Shown here one piece after another: positions 17,175 through 27,720 of a DNA stretch of 63,956 bases. The DNA is taken from the IMG/VR virus record IMGVR_UViG_3300010397_000008, positions 1 through 63,956 of that record; one strand, 5' to 3'. The stretch comes from a virus. Its lineage: Duplodnaviria; Caudoviricetes. The notes beneath the pieces were generated by a model. The model was not told the DNA's origin. It saw only the letters and a list, made by a program, of their open reading frames with translations, and ran no database searches. The number at the start of each line of letters is the position of its first letter. Within the stretch, counting starts at the first letter, position 1. The position numbers and the translations under genes are program-made.

Positions 17175-17854
17175 GGCAAGTATCCATAGAGGGTAAACAC
17201 CCCTGCCACGATAGTTCCTCCCACCGGGGCGTTGACGTTGTAGGTGCCGCTCGGCAAAAACCGAAGTGTGGTGATCGGGGTGAAGGACGGAGCAACCGTC
17301 GCATTGGGGTTGAAGCCACCAGAAATCTCTCCGCTCGTCACCGTAAACACACTTGCTCCATCGAGATCAAAAGACCTTATCGGACCAGAAACCTTCGCCA
17401 GATCGGTCGCCGTACCAGGAACGATGGTCAACTCTCCCGTCATCCCGTGCTTTACCGCAGATTGCACACCTTGATACGGGAGTGGATCAATCACTGACTG
17501 ATTTGCGGTGTAATCACCATCGGCAACTGCCGATGTGCTAGGTTTAATAGTTTTCGCAACCAAACCCCCAAAGTAGCTGTCATGGTTCACCAGGTCATTT
17601 ACAAAGCTGACCCCGCCGTTCTGACTAAACGCCATGATGGGATAGTCCTCGGCGTCCAGAAACAGCCCGTGCCATTCCAGCTTGAAGTACGAATATCGCG
17701 CTGACAGTGGGAAGTCGATGTATGAGGCCGGCGTCGTAATCGTGACGGTGGATATTTTGACAATGCCGGGCGATCCGCCGGGGGTCGGTTGCGCGTCCGC
17801 TGCCCCGGACAGCAGCGTCAGAAACGCAAAAACGGCGGCGAACAGAGCGCGCAT
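17171..17854 (-). CDS. Signal-peptide-bearing beta-rich (tail-associated) protein
   Basis: MRALFAAVFAFLTLLSGAADA leader; ends G.FTLYG. Confidence 0.6.
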   Translation of the reverse strand: MRALFAAVFAFLTLLSGAADAQPTPGGSPGIVKISTVTITTPASYIDFPLSARYSYFKLEWHGLFLDAEDYPIMAFSQNGGVSFVNDLVNHDSYFGGLVAKTIKPSTSAVADGDYTANQSVIDPLPYQGVQSAVKHGMTGELTIVPGTATDLAKVSGPIRSFDLDGASVFTVTSGEISGGFNPNATVAPSFTPITTLRFLPSGTYNVNAPVGGTIVAGVFTLYGYLP

Positions 17855-17896
17855 CGGACGTTCCCCTCTATTTCCCCAGGTGAAAGGCGCGGGCCA

Positions 17897-20071
17897 TCAC
17901 ACGTCGAGGTCGATCAGCGATGCCCCGGTAGCGAGGAATGTGATGCCCGTGAGCGATGTCCAGGTGGCGTCGAAATCAGTGGCCGTGACGATGCCGGCCG
18001 TGTCGATTGATACCGAGCCAGCGGTCCCCGCCGCCTTCTGCACGGTGCTGACGATCGCGCCCGGCGGCCGGTAGCCAGCCGGCAGGACGAATACGGTGTC
18101 CGTGAGCGTGCCGTTCCTGACCGAGCCGCCGATCGTGACCTGGCCGGTCTTGGCGCGGGTGAAATAGGCGTGCTGCTGGATGACCTGTACACCCAGGACG
18201 GTCGCCACGCCGGGATCGGTGGTCATCACCGCGACCAGAGTGCTCCCGGCCGTTCCGGCAATCGTCACGAACGCCCCGTTGTAGCCGGTCGGCGTCATTC
18301 CGCCGATCACGAACCCGACGCCAACGCCGAGGCCGTGCGGGGTAGTGGTGGTGTACGTGACCTGACCGCCGCTGGTGCTGGCCCAACTGGCGGCGGTAAT
18401 CACGTCGTCCATGTTCTCCCAACTGTTTTCCAGCACCGGAGACCGGAAAATACCCATCGTCGCGACTGCGCCCGGAACACCCGGCGTCGCACCGTCAACC
18501 TCAACTACTTGGGCGGTAAACGTCGTCGCGCTGACCGCGATCTCATTCATGCCGACGTTGGTGTACTGAGCATTGTTCTCGATGTAGATGCCCGCGCCCG
18601 TTGGCGATCCATCGCCGCGGCCGGACCTGATCGTATTGTCGTCGATGTCCGCGCCGATGCAGCGGCCGATCCGCACAGCCTTGGTGACGGTCGCCGTGCC
18701 GAAAATGCCGATATGGTTGCCATGCAATTCGGGGAAGGGCATCGGCTGGCTCGACCCATCGAAATCGACGACCGCGCCGTTGACGGTCCCGGCGCCATGC
18801 GACTGCTCGATGTTGTTGTTGGTGAGCTTTGGCAGACGCCCGCTCGCCATGAAAAACGCGCCACCATCGGCGTCGATGTTGCAATCGTTCATGTGGAAAA
18901 GAGCGGCATTGCCGGATGTGTCCGCTTCGTAGACCTTGACGCCGGTGCGTCCGCTCCCGATTGTCGAACGGATGATCGTTTCGTCCAAGACAACGCTGTC
19001 GCCCGCCTCGGATAGCTCGATGCCCTCCCAAAAGGCGCAGTGATGGATTATCGAGTTCGATGGGTTTCCTTGAATGTTGATGGTCGGGTTGTTCTCGATC
19101 TTCATCGAGATATCGAGGCCGCCGGGCAGGCAATAGACCCCGTGCATGTCCAACTTGTTGAAATTTTGTGTCAGACCATCCTGACCGCCAAAGACGATGT
19201 GCATTGCTTTTCCGCAGCGCGCCGCCGCATTCTGGTCGAGCGGGGTCAGGATGATGTCGCCGACCTCCATAAATTCGAGATATGCGCCCGCGTCGGCCAC
19301 GATTTGCAACAGGGTCGCCGAACTGGATACCGTGGAGAGCGGCCCGAGCACCGTGAGGTTGCGGGTTTCCCCGACGAACGAGGCCCCGCGGTTACGGATG
19401 CAATACCCGCCGTCAGGGTGCTCGCCCACCCGGTACGTCTTGCCGAGGAAGCACAGTCGGAGTGCGTTCGAATAGGCGTACTCGAAGGCCGCCTGTATCT
19501 GCGACCGCTCATCGAGCCCGGTGCCGAGCGCCCCGTAGACATCGACGTACAGGTTTTGTTGCTGCGGCAATAGCTGCCACCGACCCGCCGAGCCAGGGTC
19601 GATGCTGGTCGGCTTGATGATAGCCCCACCGTCATCGGCCGCGGTGGAAGTCGCCTGGTAGCCATAAATCGAGGCCGCCTTGTCGCCGGCGACGTAATAT
19701 CCCGTCACCATGACAAACGAGATCGTGGTCGGGATCGTCGCCGCTCGGAGTTCCGCGATTGTCCCGAACCATGCCAGCGACGGCAGCGCGGGGGGCCAAA
19801 TCAAAAACGGTTGGCGCAGCCACGCGCCCGGCCCGCTCCCATTCGGGACGATAACGGACAGGTCGTCGTCAGCGGCGGTCGCCGCGGAGTTCCAATAAAA
19901 CCAGCCGCCGTTCCCGTCGCCGACTGCGGCGCCGCCCTTGACGACGACCGCCATGCCATCGACGCCGATAAAGGCGCGCATGTCGCTGAACGTATTGCAG
20001 ATTTGGGGGAACGTGTTGAGATTGTCGCCAGTTACCGATGGCCCCCCATCCACGTAGACGGCATTGGTCAT
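17897..20071 (-). CDS. Tailspike/tail fibre with a pectin-lyase-like beta-helix
   Basis: 724 aa; GY...GD.....Y...ST..DDGG.I modules; VDVYGALG.G.D....IQAA beta-helix start; LPAGYRP C-terminal domain. Confidence 0.8.
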   Translation of the reverse strand: MTNAVYVDGGPSVTGDNLNTFPQICNTFSDMRAFIGVDGMAVVVKGGAAVGDGNGGWFYWNSAATAADDDLSVIVPNGSGPGAWLRQPFLIWPPALPSLAWFGTIAELRAATIPTTISFVMVTGYYVAGDKAASIYGYQATSTAADDGGAIIKPTSIDPGSAGRWQLLPQQQNLYVDVYGALGTGLDERSQIQAAFEYAYSNALRLCFLGKTYRVGEHPDGGYCIRNRGASFVGETRNLTVLGPLSTVSSSATLLQIVADAGAYLEFMEVGDIILTPLDQNAAARCGKAMHIVFGGQDGLTQNFNKLDMHGVYCLPGGLDISMKIENNPTINIQGNPSNSIIHHCAFWEGIELSEAGDSVVLDETIIRSTIGSGRTGVKVYEADTSGNAALFHMNDCNIDADGGAFFMASGRLPKLTNNNIEQSHGAGTVNGAVVDFDGSSQPMPFPELHGNHIGIFGTATVTKAVRIGRCIGADIDDNTIRSGRGDGSPTGAGIYIENNAQYTNVGMNEIAVSATTFTAQVVEVDGATPGVPGAVATMGIFRSPVLENSWENMDDVITAASWASTSGGQVTYTTTTPHGLGVGVGFVIGGMTPTGYNGAFVTIAGTAGSTLVAVMTTDPGVATVLGVQVIQQHAYFTRAKTGQVTIGGSVRNGTLTDTVFVLPAGYRPPGAIVSTVQKAAGTAGSVSIDTAGIVTATDFDATWTSLTGITFLATGASLIDLDV

Positions 20072-20077
20072 GGCGGC

Positions 20078-20734
20078 TTAATCCATCCACTTGCAGGCAA
20101 AGGCTGTCGAGCCTGTTGCGCAGAAGATCGACACCTGGTCGGTCGGGCAGGCCGTGCCGTTGACGTAGTAGCTGCCGCCGCTCGACAGCACCCATATCCC
20201 CGACGTGGCGCTGGGGATCGCAGCCCCGATGGGGTCTCGCAGGTCGTTGGTCATAAAGACGTATGGCGCTGCGGCATAGCCGGCGCCGGGGTCTTCGATC
20301 TCGAACGATGTCACCGCGCCGCCGGTCAGCACCGCATGCGCCTTGGCGGGCTTTTTGCCCGAGAGGTCGGTCCACCGGCCCGACGTGTTGCCCGCATCGC
20401 CCGGCGCGGGGTAGCCCGCCTGGCCGACGCCGAGATACGACGGGTTGCCGCCGTCGCCACCGCCGAGCAGTTCGACGACCGGCGGCACGGTGTAGCCGAA
20501 GCCCGCGTTGGTGATCGAGAACCCCGTTACCTTGCCGTTGGTCAGCGAGCACGTCGCCCGCGCGGCGCCGAACTCGATGAACATCTCGGCGGTGCTGAGA
20601 TTCATCACCAGCAGCATCGAGCGGCTTTTGGCGACCGGCAACAGCAGTTGCGGCGTCCCGCCGGTGCCGATCGTCCCCGAGGCGTCATAGAACGGGTGGC
20701 GGGTCTGTTGGCCGCTGGCTCCGACGAGTTTCAT
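20078..20734 (-). CDS. Virion structural protein with G.GY..PP.V repeat module
   Basis: ITNAGFGYTVPPVV and IEDPGAGYAAAPYV repeats. Confidence 0.65.
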   Translation of the reverse strand: MKLVGASGQQTRHPFYDASGTIGTGGTPQLLLPVAKSRSMLLVMNLSTAEMFIEFGAARATCSLTNGKVTGFSITNAGFGYTVPPVVELLGGGDGGNPSYLGVGQAGYPAPGDAGNTSGRWTDLSGKKPAKAHAVLTGGAVTSFEIEDPGAGYAAAPYVFMTNDLRDPIGAAIPSATSGIWVLSSGGSYYVNGTACPTDQVSIFCATGSTAFACKWMD

Positions 20735-20750
20735 GGGGCTATCGCCTCCT

Positions 20751-21137
20751 TCAGCGGCGCCGACCGGAAAATTCGAGCCACACCAGCGGCGCGACCGCGC
20801 CGGCGCAGAACGCGACCAGCACGTAGAGCCCGGCCGCCGATTGCCACTGCATCGCCAGCACAGCGAGGACGAACGCACCGATCAGCGACAGCAGCAGTTG
20901 GAACCGCACGGCGAGGATGCGCGCGATGGCGACGAACGCGGCGTGCAGTTGGTCGCCGATGGTGGGCTTTTGGGGGACGTAGACGGTCTGTGGCGGCGGG
21001 GGCGGTGATCCCGCTATCGGGACAGGTTCGGTCGGCGGATCGACGGCACGCAACGGGGGGCGGCGCGGCCGGTCGGGGATCGCCTCAACGGCGACCCGTT
21101 CGGTTCTTGGGCCGAAGTCTTGTAACGAATCCGTCAA
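20751..21137 (-). CDS. Two-TM membrane protein
   Basis: Hydrophobic C-terminal half. Confidence 0.6.
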   Translation of the reverse strand: MTDSLQDFGPRTERVAVEAIPDRPRRPPLRAVDPPTEPVPIAGSPPPPPQTVYVPQKPTIGDQLHAAFVAIARILAVRFQLLLSLIGAFVLAVLAMQWQSAAGLYVLVAFCAGAVAPLVWLEFSGRRR

Positions 21138-21384
21138 TTTCGGCAGGCTCCTCGGGTTCGTCGTCCGGCGGCTTCTTGCCAGAACGCATCTGCATGTATT
21201 GGGTGCAGCTTTTCAGCAACGCGATCCGGGTCTCAAGAGACACCGCAGGGCGCGCCAAACCGGGGCCTTCCTCCGAGGGTTCCTGTGTATCACCTTTTGG
21301 CGCATCGCCGCAATCGGGGCGCTCGGCCTCGTCCAGCAGCGAAATCACGTATTTGTCGAGGCGGGCGAGCAGGGGGTCCGTCAC
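21085..21384 (-). CDS. Small helical protein (weak TerS-like candidate)
   Basis: GTGA-coupled, ~100 aa, helical; function is a guess. Confidence 0.45.
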   Translation of the reverse strand: MTDPLLARLDKYVISLLDEAERPDCGDAPKGDTQEPSEEGPGLARPAVSLETRIALLKSCTQYMQMRSGKKPPDDEPEEPAEIDGFVTRLRPKNRTGRR

Positions 21385-21662
21385 AGCCAACCCGCCGCAG
21401 CCATAACGGCGTCACGAAGGTCTGCGTTGGGCAAAGGGATGGCATTTCGGCATAAATTGTAGAGGTCTTGAAACGACGGAGCGCCGCTGCCCACGGACTC
21501 ATTGACGCCCCTAATTCTCTCGGCGACAACCCACTCCGGCTCGGCTTCCTGAAGGGCGAGCACCAGTTCCACAGATGCCGCGCGCCCAAGAGAGGGGAAC
21601 GCCCCTCTCACCCTCTCCGCGCGGGCCAGCGTCTGGGCGATGAACTCCGGTGATGCGGACAC
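21381..21662 (-). CDS. Hypothetical protein
   Basis: GTG start with SD gggaagg. Confidence 0.5.
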   Translation of the reverse strand: MSASPEFIAQTLARAERVRGAFPSLGRAASVELVLALQEAEPEWVVAERIRGVNESVGSGAPSFQDLYNLCRNAIPLPNADLRDAVMAAAGWL

Positions 21663-21961
21663 ACCTTCCCTTTCCGAATCCTTGCCTTGCGAGGGGCAAG
21701 GATACCAGCTTCGAGGGTATAGCTCCACTGCCCGATATCGGAGGCCACCCGCTTGTCCCGGCTTTATGACCGTTTGGCCGTTAAGCGCCGGACGCTCTGA
21801 AAGGCAAGGGTCGTCGTGGAGTTGCCCGAAATCCTAGCTGGCGTTGGAAATTCAGCGGTCGGAAAGCCCGTTGCCGGGAAAAGTGCCCGCCCCCGTGTGC
21901 GTTTGCTCCGCCGGCCTTCAAGGGCAGGAGGCCGGTACTGCGGGCGGCGATCGGCGATATT

Positions 21962-21996
21962 GGTGCGTTGTACGGCACGCTTTGATGTGCTATAGC
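21962..21996 (+). promoter_or_regulatory. sigma70-like promoter with overlapping operator GGTGC-N8-GCACG
   Basis: TTGTAC(21968)-N17-TATAGC(21991). Confidence 0.55.
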
Positions 21997-22001
21997 ACCA
22001 A

Positions 22002-22085
22002 CACGATGCTCAGGTCGCTACCACGACTGAGTATCCAGCGGCCGGTTGGGGGGTCTCACCCCGCCGGCCGCCGCGCGCCTTTTGT
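22002..22085 (+). ncRNA. Candidate two-hairpin small RNA antisense to the late operon
   Basis: Hairpins at 22005-22035 and 22038-22071 followed by a T-run; promoter immediately upstream. Confidence 0.4.
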
Positions 22086-22285
22086 ACCACCGATGCGAAA
22101 GGTCTCCAACAAATGATCGGCGGTTCTTGGCGCGAAGATTTGCCACCCCTCCCAAAGAAATCTTGGAAGCGCATTCGCAAGGTATTTCGTGAGACTGCCC
22201 TAAAGCCGGAGCCAGCCGCAGATGTGAGAGACAACCCACACGGGGGCGGTCTACCGGCGACCCAATCGATCCCCATTCGGGTCGA

Positions 22286-24097
22286 TCACCGCTGATACTC
22301 GAAGGCGCGGGATAGGCCGTCGTCCTCGTGCGGCATCGCCAACGCAGCAGCGGGAACAGCCGTGTTCGGATTCGCTCCGTGCGTCGGCCGGTTGAACATC
22401 CGGTTCTGCATCCAATCGCTGCGCAGAAGGCTTCGGGCAGGATAACGCCCCGCGATGATCCCGCCGGCCAGCGGATGCCCCGCCCCGACCGCCGTTGCGC
22501 CAGCAACGAGGTCCAGTATGCTGAAAGCCTCCACCCCGCCGAACGCCGCCGGCGACTGCATGTTCCTGGTGAACGAATCGTATGCGTCCGCGATCGACTT
22601 CATTTCGCCGGTGAGGGGGCGGTCCCGCGTCCTGCGGAGCGCGGAAACCCGACGGGCGAGAACGTCGCCGTTTGCCAGATTGGTCGCATCCTCAAGGTCA
22701 TAGATTTTGGCGAACAACTGGCGAGCGTTCTGAAACTTCTTGATCGTCGCCTGCGCGGCGGCGGTATCGGCCGGGGTCAGCGTCCCCATCTTCGCCTTCA
22801 AATCCGCCTCGGCCGCCGCGAGCGCCGCCTGTGCGGCCGGCATGCCGATTGTCTGAACATTTCTCTGGCCGGCGAGAACCGCCTTCGCGTTCTCGACCGC
22901 CTGCGTTGCCTCGCTGACCTTGGCGAACGCCGCCGTGCGCTCAGGGCCGTAGCCAATTGACCGCTCGATCGCGTCCTCAAGGACATTCGCCGCCTGGCGC
23001 TGAGCTAAGCCAAGCTGGTGCATTTGGGGGTCGTTTTCCTTGCGGAAATTCCGCCCGGCATCAGCGCGCAGGTCGGCGATCTTCTTCATCACCGCGTCAG
23101 TTGAGGTGATGGGGTTGCGCAGCAGCGTCGCCTTCAGGTCCGCGACGTGAGGGTTCGGGACAGCCTCGGGGAAGGCGCGTTCCATCTCGGCGTTTCGAAT
23201 ACCGACGCCCTCAACCGCACTGCGAAACGCAGGGTCCGCGCTCAGCACCGTCTCGGGGGTTCCGGTCTTGACTGCATCGTATGCCTCGATGGCCGGCTTC
23301 TTGGCGGTTTCATAGGCCGCTTCGGTCAACATGGTGCCGGGCTTCAGCCCCACTGCTTTCGCCGCGAGTGCGTTGGTGTTCTTCTGGTTGTCCACCGAAA
23401 ACGACTGGTTTTTCTTGATCTTCCCGGAGTCGCCCGACAGCAGGCGCGACGTTGCGCTCGGGGACTCGCTGATTTCCTCGGGCGGCAGCCTGTACCCGGC
23501 AGACCGGGCGGAGACCGCCGCCGGGGTCGCCGCACTGGCACCGGGGATCGTACGCCTCCGCATTGCCGTCGCCGCACCACCCGCGAACGGCAGCACGTCG
23601 CCGGCAATCGTCGCGGCCGGCCCGAGCGTTTCGCGGGTTCCGGTCAGGTCGCCGATCCCGCCCGCCACCGCACCTATCGCCTGTCCGGGGATGCCAAGCG
23701 CCGCCGCCAGCCGGTCGCCGCTCTCGGTCTGTGGCAACCGCAGGCCCGACGTGCCTTCAAGCGATTTGTCGCGTTCCTCCCAAAACCCCTCGCGACCACC
23801 CTCGCTAATCGGCGGCGACCGGACGGCACCGACGACATCGGCCGCAAGGTTCCGCACCGGGTCAGCCACGAGCGTATTGTAGAGCGGCGGCCCGATGTTC
23901 TTCGTCAGGCTGTAGATCGGAGAATAGGACAGCACGTCATCGGCGATTGAGGTCAGTGTGGGCTTCTTGGGCGCGGCGACGGTCGGGCCGATGGGCGCGG
24001 TATCTTTCGGGACGGTCACAATATCCGGTGGCAGCGCAGCGACCTTTTGGGACGACGCGGCATCAACAGGGACCAGATCAGCGGGAAGATCGCTCAT
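22286..24097 (-). CDS. Internal virion / DNA-ejection protein
   Basis: 603 aa, Ala-rich and helical; last of three large ORFs after the tail genes. Confidence 0.65.
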   Translation of the reverse strand: MSDLPADLVPVDAASSQKVAALPPDIVTVPKDTAPIGPTVAAPKKPTLTSIADDVLSYSPIYSLTKNIGPPLYNTLVADPVRNLAADVVGAVRSPPISEGGREGFWEERDKSLEGTSGLRLPQTESGDRLAAALGIPGQAIGAVAGGIGDLTGTRETLGPAATIAGDVLPFAGGAATAMRRRTIPGASAATPAAVSARSAGYRLPPEEISESPSATSRLLSGDSGKIKKNQSFSVDNQKNTNALAAKAVGLKPGTMLTEAAYETAKKPAIEAYDAVKTGTPETVLSADPAFRSAVEGVGIRNAEMERAFPEAVPNPHVADLKATLLRNPITSTDAVMKKIADLRADAGRNFRKENDPQMHQLGLAQRQAANVLEDAIERSIGYGPERTAAFAKVSEATQAVENAKAVLAGQRNVQTIGMPAAQAALAAAEADLKAKMGTLTPADTAAAQATIKKFQNARQLFAKIYDLEDATNLANGDVLARRVSALRRTRDRPLTGEMKSIADAYDSFTRNMQSPAAFGGVEAFSILDLVAGATAVGAGHPLAGGIIAGRYPARSLLRSDWMQNRMFNRPTHGANPNTAVPAAALAMPHEDDGLSRAFEYQR

Positions 24098-25860
24098 TGC
24101 GCGGGCGCACCGTTCTTGTCATACGCCTTGCCAGCGTCGTCGTAGAACCGCTGCGTGCTCGGCGACCACCCTTTGAGCGTCATGCCCTTCAACGCCTCGG
24201 GCACAGGGGGTGGCGCGCTCGGCTGTCCGGCTGGCGCGGTGGTGGCAGGGGATGGAGACGATGGCACAGGCGACGGCTTCTCCGAATCAGCCTCACGCCT
24301 CGCCAGCATGCGTTCGGCGAACGTATTGACCGACTCCTTGAACTTCTTTTTGCCGCCGAACGCCAGTTGGTTGACATCGTGCACGCTGTACGGGACCGCC
24401 TTTTCGATCTCTTTTTGCAAGTTCCGCAGCAGTTCTTTTTGCGGCTCCTTCACGGCGTCCGACGACAGCATGGCGCGGATATTGGCCTCTGCGATCTGCC
24501 TAATCTCGGCATAGGATCGCATGACGGCGGTTCCAGACCAGCCTTTTTGCGGGACCAGAACATTGTTGGCCGTCGTGAGCCCGACCAGCCCTTGCGCGGC
24601 GCCCTGCGATTCGATGGTCGCCAGTTGCCGTTGAAGGCCGGTGAATTGCTGTGTCACGGCCAATGCCTGTTCACCGACAAGATGCGTCGCAGCCACGCGC
24701 CCGATTGCCGCCTTGAGGCTGTCCGGCTGTATCGACTGCAAACCCATGAACGCACCGGCATTTGAATCAATCGGCAACTCGACTAGGTTTTTCAGCGACG
24801 CCGCCAGTTCGCTGGTCGCGCCGATCAGCCTGTTGGCCTGCGACGCCGCCTGCCGGCCCTCGCTGCCGGGCGGCGCAGAATGGATCGTTTGCCCTGGTTG
24901 CAGTTGGATCGGCTGGTTATTGTCGGTTCGGACGATCTTGTTCTCACCGCGCATGCTTTCGCGGCCCATGACCCGCTCAACTTCTTTCCCTTGGGCGTCC
25001 CGGATGACGAACTCCTTGCTCGCGTGAAACTCCGGGGCGTTGGCGGCAGAGGCGTTCGAGGCTAGGTCATGCTGTGCCGCTCGGGCGTTCTTGTACCGCA
25101 ACTGCGCTTCGGGGTCGTTAGGGTTCTCCCGGAGCGCATTGCCAGCATCCAGAACCTCCTGGTTGACTTCGCCCGTTCGCCGCGCGGCCGCTGTCTGCGT
25201 TATCATCTGATCGGTGCGCGCCTTGCGCTCATTAGCGAGCGCCACGGCTTCGGTTAACTTCTCCCCCTTCGCAAACTGTTCCATCGGGCTATCGCCGAGC
25301 GCTACCGCCTTCGCGTTGAACAGCGCCAGCGCGCCCTTCGAGTCGGTCGCGATCATATCCAGCGCGTCCTTGTAGGACTCGTGCTGGTATTCGTAGAGCT
25401 TGAGGCTGTAGTCGCTCTCGGCCTTCCACTTGTCGAACGCCGTCTTGTACGCAGAGGCGTCCTTCGCCTGGTACGCCTTCATCACGTCAGCGGCGGCGTT
25501 GAGCGAGTTGAGCAGAGGGCGTTTGGTGAAGGCGCTGCCCAGCATCGCCATCGACATAGCGAGCGAGCCCCACGCCTCGACCGGGTTGGTATTCTGCATC
25601 GTCGGCGCGGGCTGCGGAGGCGGCATGGGAGGCTTTTGGAGCATCAGCGCGTGACGCGCGGCGTTCGATGCCTCCGTACTCTTGACCAGTTCGTCGCCGG
25701 CCGCTTTCAGCTTTTCTTGATGCGCCGCGCTCTCGCCCTTGACCTTGGCGATCTCGCCCGGCGTCGGCCCGGCCCCCATCGCGTTCGCAAAGCCGCTTGG
25801 CCCCGGCGGGATCGCCGATGGCACCGATGGCGGCTCGTCCCGCGTGGCGAGGTCGGACAC
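24094..25860 (-). CDS. Internal virion / DNA-ejection protein
   Basis: 588 aa, helical; position typical of podovirus ejection proteins. Confidence 0.65.
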   Translation of the reverse strand: MSDLATRDEPPSVPSAIPPGPSGFANAMGAGPTPGEIAKVKGESAAHQEKLKAAGDELVKSTEASNAARHALMLQKPPMPPPQPAPTMQNTNPVEAWGSLAMSMAMLGSAFTKRPLLNSLNAAADVMKAYQAKDASAYKTAFDKWKAESDYSLKLYEYQHESYKDALDMIATDSKGALALFNAKAVALGDSPMEQFAKGEKLTEAVALANERKARTDQMITQTAAARRTGEVNQEVLDAGNALRENPNDPEAQLRYKNARAAQHDLASNASAANAPEFHASKEFVIRDAQGKEVERVMGRESMRGENKIVRTDNNQPIQLQPGQTIHSAPPGSEGRQAASQANRLIGATSELAASLKNLVELPIDSNAGAFMGLQSIQPDSLKAAIGRVAATHLVGEQALAVTQQFTGLQRQLATIESQGAAQGLVGLTTANNVLVPQKGWSGTAVMRSYAEIRQIAEANIRAMLSSDAVKEPQKELLRNLQKEIEKAVPYSVHDVNQLAFGGKKKFKESVNTFAERMLARREADSEKPSPVPSSPSPATTAPAGQPSAPPPVPEALKGMTLKGWSPSTQRFYDDAGKAYDKNGAPAQ

Positions 25861-25861
25861 G

Positions 25862-27217
25862 TCACGCGGCCTTCAACGTGATCGTCCCGGCTCCCCCACC
25901 GCCAGCGCCGGCGAGCGCGCCAGCGAAATTGCCGATCGCGGACCCGAGCGCCTGGTCCTGGGCGAGCGCATCCCGACTTATGGCCTGGTAGATTTGGGCC
26001 GCCAGCCCCTCGGTGTTGACCGCCTGCCCGACCATCGCCGAACCCTGCGAGAGAAGCTGTAGCGCGATCTGCGCCGCGGCGTTGTGGGCGCGCTCGTGCG
26101 CTGCGGCGATGTCCTGCTGTTCCGCCGACGATCCCGACATGCCGCGATTCGCGTACCCGGACCTGATCTGCGCCTCGGCCGCGGCGGTCGCCGTCTTGAG
26201 GCCGTCCGAAAGCCCCGGCGGCAGCGTGCCGGTGTTTACGAACGATTCGAGTTGCTGCCCCTTGTTGGCCTGCGCGCCAGCCGTCGCCGCGAGGCTGTTC
26301 GCTGCGTTCCGAGTCTGCGCCTCGCCGGGGATCGGCTGGTTGCCTTTGAGCAGGTTCATGCCGAGGCCGCCCAAGGAAGCCGCAAGGCCGAGGTCTTTGC
26401 TGTTCAGCGCGCCGCCGGTGATGCTGCCGATCGCCTTGTCGAACCCGCTGGTCAAACCGCCGCCGGCGCTCGACGCGGAACTTGCGTCGCCGACACCGCC
26501 GGCCGTGGTCGCCCCCGTGGCGGGGTCAAAGCTCAAGACGCTGGTGCCGGGGCCGGCCTCGAACGTGTTGGTGAAGGTGCCCGTGGCCGCTGGCGACAAC
26601 TCCCCTATGCTGGACGGCACCGCTGACGCCGCCGCGCTGGGCAACGCGCTCGCGCCGACCGGCGACGCCGCGCTGGCCGGGACCGCCGGATTGGCAAGGT
26701 TCGCCAGCGGCGTGACGCCCTCGATGCCTGGAACCGAACCCGCCGGCACCGCGCCGGGGATGATGCCGCTGCTGCCGCCGCCGAGCGCCAAGTCCAATCC
26801 GCCGGAACCCGCGCCAGCAAAGTCAAGCGCACCGGCCCCTAGATCGAGCGCCCCCGCCCCGGCCGCACCCGCGCCAGCGCCGCCCAACGAAATCGCTTCG
26901 GGGATCGTGCTCGCCGCGCTGCCGGCTAGTTCGCCGGCCCCCAACAGGCCACCGCCCGCCAGAAGGTCGCCGGTGAACGCGCCGCCCGCCGCAGCCTCCC
27001 CCGCACCGATACCAGCGGCGGCAGCCTCGCCAGCCCCGATGCCAGCAGCGGCCTCACCAGCGCCAAAGAGGCCAGCCAACGCCTCACCGCCCAAGAGAAT
27101 GTCTCCAAGGGCAAAAATAGCGGAAAATGGGTCATGAAGGGTGGTGGGCGATCCCCACCGGAAAAATACGGCGCGGAATAGAGCCAAGATCAGCATTATC
27201 AGGACAAATTCGGGCAT
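25862..27217 (-). CDS. Gly/Ala-rich DNA-ejection (pilot) protein
   Basis: Gly/Ala-rich N-terminus; YANRGMSGSS.E motif. Confidence 0.65.
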   Translation of the reverse strand: MPEFVLIMLILALFRAVFFRWGSPTTLHDPFSAIFALGDILLGGEALAGLFGAGEAAAGIGAGEAAAAGIGAGEAAAGGAFTGDLLAGGGLLGAGELAGSAASTIPEAISLGGAGAGAAGAGALDLGAGALDFAGAGSGGLDLALGGGSSGIIPGAVPAGSVPGIEGVTPLANLANPAVPASAASPVGASALPSAAASAVPSSIGELSPAATGTFTNTFEAGPGTSVLSFDPATGATTAGGVGDASSASSAGGGLTSGFDKAIGSITGGALNSKDLGLAASLGGLGMNLLKGNQPIPGEAQTRNAANSLAATAGAQANKGQQLESFVNTGTLPPGLSDGLKTATAAAEAQIRSGYANRGMSGSSAEQQDIAAAHERAHNAAAQIALQLLSQGSAMVGQAVNTEGLAAQIYQAISRDALAQDQALGSAIGNFAGALAGAGGGGAGTITLKAA

Positions 27218-27666
27218 CTCCGGCTGATCTCCATCAGGCTGCCGTGGCGGCCGAAAGCCTCGCGGTCGCCGACCTTAACAAATCCCAGCCATTTCAGCCA
27301 CCGCAACGATTTTACCCAGCGATCATCCACAGCACATTGCAGCGTCGGCCATCGGGACAGGATTTCGCCGAGTTCGGCACGGGTTGTCCGCAGGAATCCT
27401 TTTTTGTCTCGCGCCACCGCTCCGGCGGCCGCCATCATCCAAAGGTACGGAGGATCGTCGAGCATCACGCCACCGACGAACACCACATGATTGCGATCGT
27501 CGCGGGCGCAAAACGAATAGGTCGAGCGGTCAAGGACGCGCAACAGCGCTCGGATCGGGTTGCCTTGCGAAAGACACGCCAATTCGGCTAGGTCATCATC
27601 GGCCAATGCGGATAGGAGTTCGGCAAGAGCCGCCGCAGATGCCGGGTGGTCAATGTGCATCAACAA
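27199..27666 (-). CDS. T7 gp13/DUF2833-like internal virion protein (GNAT-like fold)
   Basis: D.AEL...; YLWM; V......SLRWLKWLGF motif. Confidence 0.7.
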   Translation of the reverse strand: MLMHIDHPASAAALAELLSALADDDLAELACLSQGNPIRALLRVLDRSTYSFCARDDRNHVVFVGGVMLDDPPYLWMMAAAGAVARDKKGFLRTTRAELGEILSRWPTLQCAVDDRWVKSLRWLKWLGFVKVGDREAFGRHGSLMEISRRCPNLS

Positions 27667-27720
27667 GCGGGATGATGTCGGCGAGCGCCGCGACGAAGCC
27701 CTCGACTTGGCAGGTGACGG

